Shown here: positions 43,664-54,832 of the stretch, one piece after another | How positions within the stretch are numbered: the stretch's first letter is position 1 | How the letters are laid out: every line of letters starts with the position of its first letter | Notes under the pieces: model-generated | Told to the model about the DNA's origin: nothing | What the model saw: the letters and a program-made list of their open reading frames with translations, nothing else | Databases searched by the model: none | DNA from: an uncultured Gammaproteobacteria bacterium | GTDB taxonomy: Bacteria; Pseudomonadota; Gammaproteobacteria; UBA6002 | Length of the DNA: 64,000 bases | Direction of reading: 5' to 3' | Assembly (NCBI GenBank): GCA_963705725.1 | Contig: CAVPKM010000013.1 | Location: 32,001 to 96,000 of the forward strand | Made by a program: the position numbers and the translations under genes

Positions 43664-44014
43664 ATGCAGAATAACGAAGAAATGAATGAAGATCGTCCAT
43701 TGACTGGAGAAATTGAATCCAGTTGTTTTCAAAGCGTAGCAAGCATTGTTGCGCAATTAACCTGTGGAGGAATTACGGGAAGTTGTGGGGGGCTATTCGG
43801 GTTAATGATTAGTGAATCCACCCTTCCACTAGGAACAGTTTTAGGATCTGGCGCAGGAGTTGGTTGTGGAGTGACAGCAACAATGCTTTTAGGGTCATAT
43901 TGTTATAAAAATCCTCCTTCTTGCGCATTTTTCAAATCTGAAACTCCCTCTGATTCTTCTAAGCAAGAAGAAGATATTTTCAATCCTGTATTTGTTCCAG
44001 GACAAGACCTATAA
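43664..44014 (+). CDS. small glycine-zipper membrane protein, copy 2
   Basis: GAGGTG RBS; same architecture and tail as 42428-42760. Confidence 0.75.
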   Translation: MQNNEEMNEDRPLTGEIESSCFQSVASIVAQLTCGGITGSCGGLFGLMISESTLPLGTVLGSGAGVGCGVTATMLLGSYCYKNPPSCAFFKSETPSDSSKQEEDIFNPVFVPGQDL

Positions 44015-44092
44015 AGTTGATTTTTATTTCCCTTCGATAAGAAGTCAAGATGTAGAAAAAAACTATGAGCTTTAAATGATTTAAAGCTCATA
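43907..44092 (+). repeat. ~185-bp direct repeat, copy 2
   Basis: Near-identical to 42656-42835; ends at TATGAGCTTTAAAT-G-ATTTAAAGCTCATA. Confidence 0.93.
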
Positions 44093-44165
44093 ATTCAAGC
44101 GGTTTTTTGACATTCGTCCCCAAGATATTAATATATGTAATACCTTTTAATACTATAAGCACTAA

Positions 44166-45262
44166 ATGAACGATTGGCATTTTGCTCGCCCAGAGCTGGC
44201 AAAAAAATACCTCGATATGTTTAAGTTGGGGCTAACTTCAGCTAGAGGATTATTTGCTAGACGTCGAATGGGCAAAACGGAATTTCTAAAAAAAGACTTT
44301 ATCCCTGTAGCCAGTGAAGCAGGTTTCCTTGCCGTCTATATTAACTTATGGAATTTAGAAAGCGCTCCTGCTACAACTATTATCTACGAGATGTATAAAG
44401 CAATTGAACCAAAGGGTTTAAATAGATCTGGTCAAATCTGCAAGTACCCATCAAAAAAATAAAAGCATCGAGTAAAATTTCGGTGCTAGGCGAAGCTTCA
44501 ATAGAAGCAGATTTAGCGAGCAACAATAGAGTAATGGGTACACTCCTCATGGAAGCAATGGCTTCCTTTGACAAAATGAAAATGAAATTGATGCTGATCA
44601 TCGACGAAGCGCAAGTTTGCTTATGAAGAAAATTCTGAATTCGCACATGCATTACGTGCTGAACTTGATATAAGGAAAGAGCGTATTAAAGTTGTTTTTG
44701 CAGGAAGCTCTGAAGCAACACTACGCAAAATGTTTAGTGTTTCCTCTGAACCTTTTTACAATTGGGCGCCTTTAGAACCCTTTGCATTGCTTGGCAAAGA
44801 ATTTGTTGCAGCGATGGTGTTACAAGTCAATGCGATTTCTAAATATCCATTGCCATTGGAATATGCGTTGGAAGCGTTTTTTCAACTTAAAAATACACCT
44901 GAATTTTTCCGAAGATATATTGAGCAATATATTGTCAACCCCCAACAAGGCCATCTAGAAGCCTTAACAGTAACTAAATTGAAGTATTTAGTGGTGAGGG
45001 CTTCAAACGGCAATGGGAAGCGTTGCTACCTGCTGACCAGCTGATGCTCTCTATGATTGCAAACAACGTCTCTGATTTGTACGGAAAATCAACTATGCAA
45101 CGCTTGGGCAAAGAGCTGGGAATAGGTGATAGTGTTAGTAAGAACACAATACACAATTCGTTACGTCGATTAAGTAGCAAGAATATTCTAACTAAGATTG
45201 AATACGGCACTTACCAATTCGAAGATGAGGCTTTTTCCGACTGGGTAAAATTTCGAAAGTAG
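44166..45262 (+). pseudogene. P-loop ATPase with C-terminal winged-helix (several frameshifts)
   Basis: Walker A ARRRMGKTEF, Walker B LIIDEAQ, VVFAGSS, C-terminal GTYQFEDEAFSDWV, spread over several frames. Confidence 0.7.
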
Positions 45263-45576
45263 AATCACTGACAACATGAATCTAAGACATCATAAATGAT
45301 ATTTTTTTGTTGCATTTGATTCCTTCGCCAGACGATTTATTAGCTATGCAGCAAGCGGCTGAAGCTCAGACATTTGAAGCGCAACAACCTCAACTACCCT
45401 ATCCCTATATAGCTGAGCAAATTTGCTTTTGAGCCCATGACGGTCTTTTTCTCTGCCAGTTACTTTGGGTAACTGGAGGCTTTCTTCAAATTAAGGATAT
45501 TTTCACCCACGAGGACACCCACCCTCAGAGTTGAACCCTCGCGTCTAACCTAAAATTCATTCACAAAGGGTGATAG

Positions 45577-45795
45577 CTACTGATTATTTGTTGCTAAAAA
45601 AAGAATGATCAAATTAAGATGGGTTTCGGGAAGTGGGGAAATTCCTTTTCGTATTCTCGATAAGGTTCTTGTGCTTACTGCAATTTTTTCTGCAATTTGT
45701 TTTAAGGTTAACTTGTTTTCCGCCATTAAGTGATTCACGATTTCTCTTGCTGTGCCAGGAACTTTTTTCATACCAATCTCTCTCGTATATACCAA
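45577..45795 (-). CDS. small XRE-like HTH protein
   Basis: LTLKQIAEKIAVSTRTLSRIRKG. Confidence 0.6.
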   Translation of the reverse strand: MVYTREIGMKKVPGTAREIVNHLMAENKLTLKQIAEKIAVSTRTLSRIRKGISPLPETHLNLIILFLATNNQ

Positions 45796-46010
45796 TTAAA
45801 AGTAAATAAATATAATATTTGATTAAATCTACCAAATTAATTATCAATTCTAAATAGCCAGAAAACGGTAGTTTCTGTGAGACCTCGCTTACATGCTGAC
45901 ACTTTTTTAAGCGAGCGTTCATCTCTTCTCTCCGAGAGGCTTTTTTGTGGTGGACACGAAATGATGAAAATTGAGTAGTTGCTTTCATTTTTAGCAGGCG
46001 GGTGTCATAA

Positions 46011-46036
46011 TGTGGAATATTGTGGTAAAAAGTGGG
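46011..46036 (+). promoter_or_regulatory. MraZ-binding direct repeats
   Basis: TGTGG/TGTGG/AGTGGG with 10-bp periodicity just upstream of mraZ. Confidence 0.7.
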
Positions 46037-46056
46037 ATAGTTATTTGACACAGGCC

Positions 46057-46509
46057 ATGTTTAGAGGCATTGCGACGATAAATCTCGACCCGAAAGGAAG
46101 AATGGCAATTCCTTCGCGGTATTACGTCAAGCTAGAAGAAGCAGAAAATGAATTAATCGTCACCATCGATACTCAAGATCCCTGCTTGTTGCTATATCCA
46201 TTATATGAGTGGGAGATTTTGGAGAAAAAAATTGAGGCTTTGCCTTCTTTTAATAAAGAAGCGAGAAGAGTTCAGCGTTTATTGATTGGTCATGCTACCA
46301 AGCTAGAGTTGGATAAATATAAAAGAATATTAATTCCTTCAGAATTAAGAGAATTTGCTGGATTGGAAAAAACAGTCATTTTAGTTGGACAAGGCAAGAA
46401 ATTTGAAATTTGGTCAGAGAGTCAATGGCAATCAAGTCGTGAGAATTGGCTCAAAAACAAAGAATTCGATAATAGTTTGTCTAATGATTTATTGAATATC
46501 TCATTATGA
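46057..46509 (+). CDS. mraZ: transcriptional regulator MraZ
   Basis: MFRG..LDPKGRMAIP, CLLLYP, GQGKKFEIWSE. Confidence 0.96.
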   Translation: MFRGIATINLDPKGRMAIPSRYYVKLEEAENELIVTIDTQDPCLLLYPLYEWEILEKKIEALPSFNKEARRVQRLLIGHATKLELDKYKRILIPSELREFAGLEKTVILVGQGKKFEIWSESQWQSSRENWLKNKEFDNSLSNDLLNISL

Positions 46510-47437
46510 ATCAGCAGGATGAGCATCAGCCAGTTTTGTTACAAGAAGTGCTCAATTACTTAGATATTAAGCCAGAAGGTAACTATATAGATGCGACCTA
46601 TGGTAGGGGAGGGCATGCTGGGGCCATATTGCATGAACTCAATTCACGAGGTTTTTTGCTAGCCATCGATAAAGATCCTAGTGCAGTTGCCTTTGCTCGG
46701 CAACAGATTAATGCCGAGAATTTTATCATCAAGCAGGGGTCTTTTAATCAGCTAGCGGAATTTGTTGATGAATTGGACCTGAAGAACAAAATAAATGGCA
46801 TTTTATTGGATTTAGGTGTTTCTTCGCCCCAGTTAGATTTGCCTGCAAGGGGTTTTAGCTTCTTGCGTGATGGACCCTTAGATATGCGCATGAACCCAGA
46901 GCAAGGGGAAAGCGCAGCTGCATTTATTGATCATGCCGATGAAAAACAGATAGCTTGGGTATTAAAAGAGTACGGAGAAGAACGATTTGCTAAAAGAATT
47001 GCAAAAGCCATTGTTCATGCTCGATCCAGTGAGGCGATTACACGAACAAAGCAACTAGCAAGCATTATTGCCGATGCTCATCCTGCATGGGAGAAGCATA
47101 AGCATCCAGCAACGCGTTCATTTCAAGCGATACGAATTTATATTAATGATGAATTGCAAGAATTAACAGCGTGTCTAGAGCAGGCTTACGATGCACTTGC
47201 AAACGGTGGGCGTTTGGCGGTGATTAGTTTTCACTCATTAGAAGATAGAATTGTGAAAAAATTTATACAAGAAAAACAGCAAGGCAATTTTTTTCCGAGA
47301 GGGTTGCCTGTCACACATGATAAATTGGTTTCTAAAATGAAGCGCATTGCTTGGGGTGTTCGAGCAAATCCCTAGAAGTGGCAAACAATCCTCGTTCAAG
47401 AAGTGCAATTTTACGAGTTGCGGAGAAAATATTGTGA
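46506..47437 (+). CDS. rsmH: 16S rRNA m4C1402 methyltransferase (frameshift near 47371)
   Basis: DATYGRGGH, DLGVSSPQLD, ISFHSLEDR; NPRSRSAILR in the shifted frame. Confidence 0.95.
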
Positions 47438-47776
47438 ATACAGCGATACGTGTTGAAACTCCTGGTCGTTATCATCAAGCATTAAACTTGCCGCAAATCA
47501 AACGGCCCATCTTGGTTAATTTCATTCTGCTAGCGACAGTGCTTATCTCTGCGTTTGCCTTAATTTACATTAAAGATTTAAACCGACGGTTATTTATTCA
47601 GCATCAAGCTTTGGAAGCAGCGCATGATAAACTCTATGAAAATTGGGAAAATTTATTATTAGAGCAAAGTACATTGGTCCAGACAAGCTCGCGTTAAAAA
47701 GATTGCAGAACAAAAGCTAGGGATGAGCTTGCCAACGACAAATAATTTGGCGGTATTAAAAACTGCTGCAAATTAG
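47434..47776 (+). CDS. ftsL: cell division protein FtsL (frameshift near 47674)
   Basis: TM, RRLF, WENLLLEQST, then RVKKIAEQKLGM in the shifted frame. Confidence 0.88.
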
Positions 47777-47825
47777 CCTTAGTTAAGGATAGTGGTGAAA
47801 AGCAGCGTATGGCTGATTAATAAAT

Positions 47826-49502
47826 ATGGTAAATAAAGCAACTACTTACTGGCGATATTATTTTGTGCTTATCGGGTTATTTCTGGGTGGGTTATTGTTA
47901 CTTTGGCGAATGATTGATTTAAATTTTTTGCAGCGGTCATTTTTGTTGCAACAAAGTAATGCCAGAATACTGAGAACCCTCAACATTCCTGCTTATCGAG
48001 GAATGATTACCGATCGTTTTCAGCAACCACTAGCCATTAGTGCACAAGTCGATTCTATCTGGATAAATCCACAACTATTTGAACCCACCCCTTTGCAAGT
48101 CTTAAAACTTTCGCGCTTATTAAAAATGCCCGTGTCTAAAATTTATGATAAAACCTCAAAACGTTCAGCTAAAGAATTTCTTTATTTAAAAAGAGGAGTC
48201 TCGCCAGCGATCAGCCAGAAAGTCAATTCGTTGATGATTCCAGGATTATTTTCTCAACATAATTATCATCGTTTCTATCCGCAAAGTGAGGTGGTGGCTC
48301 ATATCATTGGTTTCACGAATATTGATGATCAAGGACAGGAAGGTTTGGAGTTGGCCTATGACAGTTGGTTAAGAGGTATTCCTGGCAAAAGAAAAGTATT
48401 CAAGGATAGGCTTGGGCACATAATTACGGATTTGGGTATTATTCAGCAGCCAAAACAGGGGCATAACCTTGTATTAAGTATTGATAACCGTGTTCAATAT
48501 CTCGCTTATGAAGAATTGAAGGAAAGCATTAAAACATTTAATGCTAAGTCTGGTTCCATTATTGTGCTTGACACTCAAACAGGTGAAGTGTTAGCCATGG
48601 TGAATCATCCTTCTTATAATCCAAATCGTATAGAAAATAACACAGATGGTCGATATCGTAATCGAGCTGTGACAGACGTCTTCGAGCCAGGTTCAACGCT
48701 TAAAGCGTTCAGTGTGGCCAATGCTTTAGAATCCGGCATTTATTCTCCCAATACTCAGATTGATACTAATCCAGGATGGTTGAATGTAGTCGGTAGCTCA
48801 ACCCCAATTCGAGATGAAAATAATAATGGCATCATCAGTGTGGTGCGAGTTTTACAAAAATCCAGTGATGTGGGTGTGGCTAAAATGACCTTCTCCCTTC
48901 CTCCGGATCGTTTGGCTGAAATGTTGCATCGCGTTGGTTTTGGAGAGCGCACGAGCACGATGTTCCCTGGAGAAGCTTCTGGAACATTGGCATATCGTAC
49001 CAAGTGGCGACCGATTGAGCTTGCAACGCTTGCCTTTGGTTATGGCATTTCAGTGACAACCGTGCAGCTTGCCCAAGCCTATTCAATTATTGCTGAAAAT
49101 GGCATCCAAAAGCCCGTATCTTTATTGAGAGTTGATAAAACAATTGCCGGCAAGCGAGTATTGTCAAAAAAGATAGCAAATCAAATGCTATTAATGCTAG
49201 AGGCCGTAGTACAAGGCGGCACGGGGTCGTTGGCTAAAGTTGCAGGATATCGAGTGGCGGGCAAAACGGGTACCGCTTATATAGCAACGAAGGGGGGGTA
49301 TGATAAACAACGCTATGTTTCTTCATTTGTCGGTATTGCGCCTGTCACTCGACCGCGCTTGGTTGTCGCTGTGATTATTCGAGAACCGCATGGACAGAAA
49401 CATTTAGGTGGTTTGGTTGCTGCGCCGACTTTTTCAAAAGTGATGTCGGGGGCGCTTCGATTGCTGAATATTCCTCCTGATGATTTGGCGGTAGAAGATT
49501 GA
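47826..49502 (+). CDS. ftsI: penicillin-binding protein 3
   Basis: RGMITDR, GQEGLE, FEPGSTLK, KSSD, GKTGTA. Confidence 0.96.
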   Translation: MVNKATTYWRYYFVLIGLFLGGLLLLWRMIDLNFLQRSFLLQQSNARILRTLNIPAYRGMITDRFQQPLAISAQVDSIWINPQLFEPTPLQVLKLSRLLKMPVSKIYDKTSKRSAKEFLYLKRGVSPAISQKVNSLMIPGLFSQHNYHRFYPQSEVVAHIIGFTNIDDQGQEGLELAYDSWLRGIPGKRKVFKDRLGHIITDLGIIQQPKQGHNLVLSIDNRVQYLAYEELKESIKTFNAKSGSIIVLDTQTGEVLAMVNHPSYNPNRIENNTDGRYRNRAVTDVFEPGSTLKAFSVANALESGIYSPNTQIDTNPGWLNVVGSSTPIRDENNNGIISVVRVLQKSSDVGVAKMTFSLPPDRLAEMLHRVGFGERTSTMFPGEASGTLAYRTKWRPIELATLAFGYGISVTTVQLAQAYSIIAENGIQKPVSLLRVDKTIAGKRVLSKKIANQMLLMLEAVVQGGTGSLAKVAGYRVAGKTGTAYIATKGGYDKQRYVSSFVGIAPVTRPRLVVAVIIREPHGQKHLGGLVAAPTFSKVMSGALRLLNIPPDDLAVED

Positions 49503-49527
49503 TAATAATTCGCATTGAGCAGAACAA

Positions 49528-51015
49528 ATGAAAAAAACATTGAAAATCAGCGAGCTATGTCAAGGGTTGGCGGTTGTTTCAGAAAAAGAAGACCGAGAGA
49601 TAACTGGAATTGGTTCCGATAGTAGAGAAATCCAGCCAGGTGGATGTTTTGTTGCCTTGCCTGGATTAAATCAAGATGGTAGTCATTTCATTATGGATGC
49701 CATCCAAAGAGGAGCAGCAGCGGTTTTAATAGATGACGGAATACCTGCTTTGCAAGGAATATCTGTACCGCTTATCCGGATTTCAAGGTTAACAGAAAAA
49801 GTGGGTGAAATTGCATCGCGTTATTATGATCATCCCAGTGAAAAAATTTCGCTAATTGGGGTTACCGGTACGAATGGAAAAACTTCGACCACGCAATTTA
49901 TTGCGCAAGCAATGATGCAGCATGCTATGCCATGTGCAGTAATGGGCACCTTAGGTTATGGTTTCCCGAACCAGTTAACTCCTTCCTCCCACACGACTTC
50001 CACGAGTTTTGCATTATATCGTCAGCTAGCCGAGCTTGCTCAACAGGGCGCAAAAACGATTGCGATGGAGGTATCTTCTCATGCAATTGATCAAAAAAGA
50101 ATTGCTGGGTTAACTTTTGACAGCGCTATTTTTACCAATTTATCTCAAGATCATCTTGATTATCATTTAACCATGGAAAATTATGGTGCAGTCAAAAGGC
50201 AGTTGTTTTATACCCGAGGATTGAAGCAAGCCATCATCAACCTAGATGATAATTTTGGATTTTACTTGGCTAAGGAACTTCAAGATATTTTGCCTGTATA
50301 CGGTTATGGTTTAAAACATCATGAGATAAATATCCCCTCTGTCTTGGTCAAACGCGCTTATTTTAACGGTAAAGGAATGGCTGCTCAAATTTCTTCACCA
50401 TGGGGAGAGGGTCAACTGCGATCTCGACTGCTAGGTAGATTTAATTTAAGCAATTTGCTTGCTGTAATTACTGCATTACAGTTACAAGGAGTAGATTTTC
50501 ACCAGGCATTAAAATATGTAGATCAATTACAAACGGTACCCGGAAGAATGCAGGTATTAGGTGGGGGTAAGTTACCTTTAGTAGTGGTAGATTATGCTCA
50601 TACGCCCGATGCCTTACTGCAAGTTTTGCTTGCGCTTAGGGAGCATGCGCATGGAGCATTATGGTGTATATTTGGTTGTGGTGGCGATAGGGATAAGGGT
50701 AAAAGACCGATTATGGGACAAATTGCAGAAAGATATTCTGATCATCTTATTATTACAGATGATAATCCACGAACAGAGCATGCTGGGGAGATCGTGAACG
50801 ATATTATGAACGGTTTACTTTGCCCCTGGGCGGTGGAAATTGAGCATGATCGCGGCGCCGCGATTGCTCACGCGATTAATTGTGCTAGTCCAGGAGATGT
50901 GGTGCTAGTTGCAGGAAAAGGTCATGAGGAATATCAAATTATTGGTCAGGAAAAAATACCGTTTAGTGATGTTTCGCATATACAATCGCAATTACGTTTA
51001 AAGCAGAAGATGTGA
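49528..51015 (+). CDS. murE: UDP-MurNAc-tripeptide synthetase
   Basis: GVTGTNGKTS, MEVSSH, DHLDYH, DYAHTPD, DNPR, AGKGHE. Confidence 0.97.
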   Translation: MKKTLKISELCQGLAVVSEKEDREITGIGSDSREIQPGGCFVALPGLNQDGSHFIMDAIQRGAAAVLIDDGIPALQGISVPLIRISRLTEKVGEIASRYYDHPSEKISLIGVTGTNGKTSTTQFIAQAMMQHAMPCAVMGTLGYGFPNQLTPSSHTTSTSFALYRQLAELAQQGAKTIAMEVSSHAIDQKRIAGLTFDSAIFTNLSQDHLDYHLTMENYGAVKRQLFYTRGLKQAIINLDDNFGFYLAKELQDILPVYGYGLKHHEINIPSVLVKRAYFNGKGMAAQISSPWGEGQLRSRLLGRFNLSNLLAVITALQLQGVDFHQALKYVDQLQTVPGRMQVLGGGKLPLVVVDYAHTPDALLQVLLALREHAHGALWCIFGCGGDRDKGKRPIMGQIAERYSDHLIITDDNPRTEHAGEIVNDIMNGLLCPWAVEIEHDRGAAIAHAINCASPGDVVLVAGKGHEEYQIIGQEKIPFSDVSHIQSQLRLKQKM

Positions 51016-51017
51016 GG

Positions 51018-52370
51018 ATGAAAATGAACCTTCAATTAAGTGAGTTGGCAGAGATTGTAGGTGGAGAATTGCTGGGTGAGAATCAAATTATCACTTCACT
51101 TTCAACCAATACGCGAGAATTAACAGCAGGACAGCTCTTTATCGCGCTAAAAGGTGCACAGTTTGATGGGCATGACTTTTTGCAGTCTGCCTATGAAAAA
51201 AAAGCCGCAGGGGTAATTATTTCGAAGAGACAGTCATTGCCCATTCCAAGTATTACCGTTGAAGACACCAAGCTAGCCTTAGGTAAAATAGCTGCATTTC
51301 ATCGACAACAATTTCCAATTCCGGTCATCGCGATAACCGGCAGTTGTGGTAAAACCACCACGACGGCTATATTGGCAACTATCCTAAATTGTATGGCCCC
51401 AACCCTGGCTCCAATAAAATCATTCAATAATGATATTGGTGTGCCACTCACGCTTTTGCAGTTAACTTCCAAACATCGCTATGCGGTAATTGAAATGGGA
51501 GCAAACCATCCTGGTGAAATTGCATACCTAAGCCGCCTGGCTGGTCAACAGTTTTCTATCATTACAAACGTGGCGCCTGCTCATCTTGATGGCTTTAAAA
51601 CTTTAGCAGGAGTGGCAAGTGCAAAGGGAGAAATTTTTGAGGCTTTAGCTGACGAGGGTATGGCTGTTATTAATGCAGATGATCAGTTTGCAGACTATTG
51701 GCGAAAATTAATCAAAAATAAAAAAATGATCACTTTTGGAATTAAAAAAACTGCAGATGTTTATGCCAAGAACATTGGTTTAACAGAAACAGGAAATCCA
51801 CAATTCGAGTTGTTTTCTCCTCATGGCAAATGTGAAATTAGGCTTCCTTTACTCGGGGAGCATAATGTAAAGAACGCACTTGCGGCGATAGCTGCGGCCA
51901 TTGCCGTAGGAGCAACAAAAGAGGCGATTCAACAAGGATTGGCCAGTGTTCAACCGGTTAGCAGCCGACTCAACAATTATAAAGGTTTGGCTGGAGCGGT
52001 GGTGATTGATGATACTTATAATGCCAATCCTTTATCTGTTGAGGCGGCATTACAAACCCTTGCTCATCGCAAGGGGGAGAGATTTTTCATTTTTGGCGAC
52101 ATGGCAGGGCTTGGCCAGGATGAAGCGGATTTTCATCGCGAAATTGGTTTACTCGCTAAGCGTTTAGGTATTGATAAATTATTGGCATGTGGCAAGCTCT
52201 CCGAGCTAGCTGTCAATCAATTTGGAAAAAACGGTTATCATTTTGAGAGTCAAGCAAGTTTGATCGAAACCTTGAAATCACAATTGCATGACGATGCTAT
52301 CGTGCTCGTTAAAGGATCGCGTTCATCACAAATGGAAAACATCGTACAAGCTATTATCCAGGAAAAATAA
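51018..52370 (+). CDS. murF: UDP-MurNAc-pentapeptide synthetase
   Basis: [37 protein letters not shown]. Confidence 0.97.
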   Translation: MKMNLQLSELAEIVGGELLGENQIITSLSTNTRELTAGQLFIALKGAQFDGHDFLQSAYEKKAAGVIISKRQSLPIPSITVEDTKLALGKIAAFHRQQFPIPVIAITGSCGKTTTTAILATILNCMAPTLAPIKSFNNDIGVPLTLLQLTSKHRYAVIEMGANHPGEIAYLSRLAGQQFSIITNVAPAHLDGFKTLAGVASAKGEIFEALADEGMAVINADDQFADYWRKLIKNKKMITFGIKKTADVYAKNIGLTETGNPQFELFSPHGKCEIRLPLLGEHNVKNALAAIAAAIAVGATKEAIQQGLASVQPVSSRLNNYKGLAGAVVIDDTYNANPLSVEAALQTLAHRKGERFFIFGDMAGLGQDEADFHREIGLLAKRLGIDKLLACGKLSELAVNQFGKNGYHFESQASLIETLKSQLHDDAIVLVKGSRSSQMENIVQAIIQEK

Positions 52371-52371
52371 A

Positions 52372-53453
52372 ATGTTACTTTGGCTAACAAAATATCTTGA
52401 AAAATTTTGGCATTTTTTTCATGTTTTTCACTATCTGACATTTAGGTCTATTTTGAGTACATTGACGGCATTGGTGCTCTCATTGCTAATTGGTCCTTAT
52501 ATGATTCAAAAGCTTACAGATTACCAAATTGGTCAGACCGTTCGTAATGATGGTCCAAAGACCCACTTGAAAAAAAAGGCACCCCAACCATGGGTGGGGG
52601 GTTAATTTTAATTGCGATTGCATTTAGTATTTTTTTATGGGGGGATTTAACCAGCAGCTATGTTTGGATAGTGTTGCTGGTAACCCTATGTTTTGGTGCA
52701 ATTGGTTGGGTGGATGACTATCGGAAATTAATTAAAAAAGATACACGTGGATTGCCAGCTAAATGGAAATATCTTTGGCAAACAGTGGTTGGATTGCTCG
52801 CAGCTATTTTACTTTACCATATTGCAAAATTGCCTGTTGAAACACGCTTAATCGTTCCCTTCTTTAAGAATATATTTATACCGCTTGGAATAATGTACAT
52901 TCCTTTTGTCTATTTTGTCATTGTTGGTGCAAGTAATGCAGTAAATTTGACAGATGGATTAGATGGCTTAGCGATATTGCCAACCGTGATGGTGGCGGGT
53001 GCATTAGGGGTATTTGCCTATACCACGGGGAATTCTCAATTCGCGAATTACCTGGGTATTCCTTATATTGCAGGCGTAGGTGAGGTCGCGGTCTTTTGTG
53101 CGGCCTTAGTTGGAGCCGGACTTGGCTTTCTATGGTTCAATACTTATCCCGCTCAAGTCTTTATGGGAGATGTGGGGGCGCTGGGTTTGGGAGCGGCCTT
53201 GGGTGTGGTTGCTGTTGTCGTGCGACAAGAATTAGTGCTGCTAATTATGGGCGGAGTTTTTGTCATTGAAACCATTTCTGTTATTTTACAAGTTGCGAAT
53301 TACAAGCTGACAGGCAAACGTATTTTTAGAATGGCTCCTCTTCATCATCATTTTGAGTTGAAAGGTTGGCCTGAGCCGCGCGTTATTGTTCGATTTTGGA
53401 TCGTCACCTTTGTGCTGGTGTTGTGTGGTTTAGCTACCTTAAAACTTAGGTAA
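52372..53453 (+). CDS. mraY: phospho-MurNAc-pentapeptide transferase (frameshift at the A8 tract 52570-52577)
   Basis: [45 protein letters not shown]. Confidence 0.95.
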
Positions 53454-53488
53454 TCTGAACGGTTGGGCACTTTAAGAGGAGAACGATT

Positions 53489-54832
53489 TTGATTAAACGT
53501 GATGGTAAAGTCATCGTTGGACTTGGAAAAACAGGTCTCTCATGTGTCAACTTTTTGAAATCGAGAGGAGTGCCGGTAGCAGTTACCGATAGCCGCCTAG
53601 CACCGCCTGGATTAGAAGAGTTGGTAGCGGCTTTTCCAGATATTCCAGTGGAAGTGGGCGGATTTAATGAAAAACTCCTGCAGGCTGCAACAGAGTTAAT
53701 CGTGAGTCCCGGTGTTTCCATTAAAGAGCCGCTTATTGCAGCTCAGCAAAAGCGCGGGATATCAGTGATTGGAGATATTGAATTATTTGCAAGGTATGTT
53801 GAAAAACCTGTTGTCGCTATCACGGGATCAAATGGTAAAAGTACCGTGACGTCCTTGGTGGGTTTTCTTGCAGAACAAAGCGGCAAGAACGTAAAAGTTG
53901 GAGGCAACCTTGGTATTCCCGCACTTGATTTGTTAGGCAATGAGTTAACAGAGATGTATGTGTTGGAGTTATCTAGCTTTCAGTTAGAAACCACTTACAC
54001 ACTTAAGACAGCCTCGTCGGTGAATTTGAATATTTCTGCTGATCATATGGATCGATATGATAGCCTGCTTGATTATGCTAAAGCTAAATTGCGTATTTAT
54101 CAGCATTGTGAGCTTCCAGTAGTTAATTTAGATGATCCTTTAAGTTATCAGGGATTTCATTTCTCCACAGAGCCTGCAGGTTTTACTCTCAATGAACCAA
54201 CTGGAAATAATTATGGATTGAGAACCCTAGCTGGAGAAAAATATCTGTTTCGTGGTCAGGAAAAATTACTGCCAGTTAATGCGCTGGGGCTTCGAGGTCG
54301 GCATCAATATGCAAATGTTCTGGCTGCTTTAGCGGTGGGCGAACAAATTGGGCTTTCCTTACCATCCATGCTTAAAAATATTGTCGAATTTAAAGGTCTA
54401 TCTCATCGCTGCCAATGGGTTGCAAATATTGACGGGGTAGATTGGTATAATGATTCTAAAGCAACAAATATTGGTTCTACTGAAGCCGCTCTTTCAGGAA
54501 TTGGTCCTGAGATAAATGGAAAAATTGTTTTATTGGCAGGAGGTCAAGGTAAGAACGCGGATTTTAGTGAGTTATATCAATCGATTTCACAATTTGTAAA
54601 AACCCTCATTCTATTCGGGGAAGATAAGTCTCTGATTGCACGAGATGTAGAGGGCGCAACAAGCATTCAGTTCACAGACGATTTAGAATCGGCGGTGATG
54701 ATTGCAAAAAAATTAGCCGTTGAAGGAGATGTGGTGCTGTTATCGCCTGCTTGTGCAAGTTTTGATATGTTTAAAAATTTTGAACATCGAGGAGAAATGT
54801 TTATGTGCTTCGTCAGGAGGCTAATCGCTTGA
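53489..54832 (+). CDS. murD: UDP-MurNAc-L-Ala--D-Glu ligase
   Basis: ITGSNGKSTV, ELSSFQLE, NDSKATN, LSPACASFD. Confidence 0.97.
   Translation: MIKRDGKVIVGLGKTGLSCVNFLKSRGVPVAVTDSRLAPPGLEELVAAFPDIPVEVGGFNEKLLQAATELIVSPGVSIKEPLIAAQQKRGISVIGDIELFARYVEKPVVAITGSNGKSTVTSLVGFLAEQSGKNVKVGGNLGIPALDLLGNELTEMYVLELSSFQLETTYTLKTASSVNLNISADHMDRYDSLLDYAKAKLRIYQHCELPVVNLDDPLSYQGFHFSTEPAGFTLNEPTGNNYGLRTLAGEKYLFRGQEKLLPVNALGLRGRHQYANVLAALAVGEQIGLSLPSMLKNIVEFKGLSHRCQWVANIDGVDWYNDSKATNIGSTEAALSGIGPEINGKIVLLAGGQGKNADFSELYQSISQFVKTLILFGEDKSLIARDVEGATSIQFTDDLESAVMIAKKLAVEGDVVLLSPACASFDMFKNFEHRGEMFMCFVRRLIA

Noticed and set aside
42656-44092. Direct repeats read as a CRISPR array or integron attC sites
   Set aside because: Only two long copies that include coding sequence; no regular spacers, cas genes, intI or RYYYAAC/GTTRRRY cores.
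45614-46051. 145-aa minus-strand ORF
   Set aside because: Overlaps the mraZ promoter and the HTH gene in another frame; no recognisable motif.
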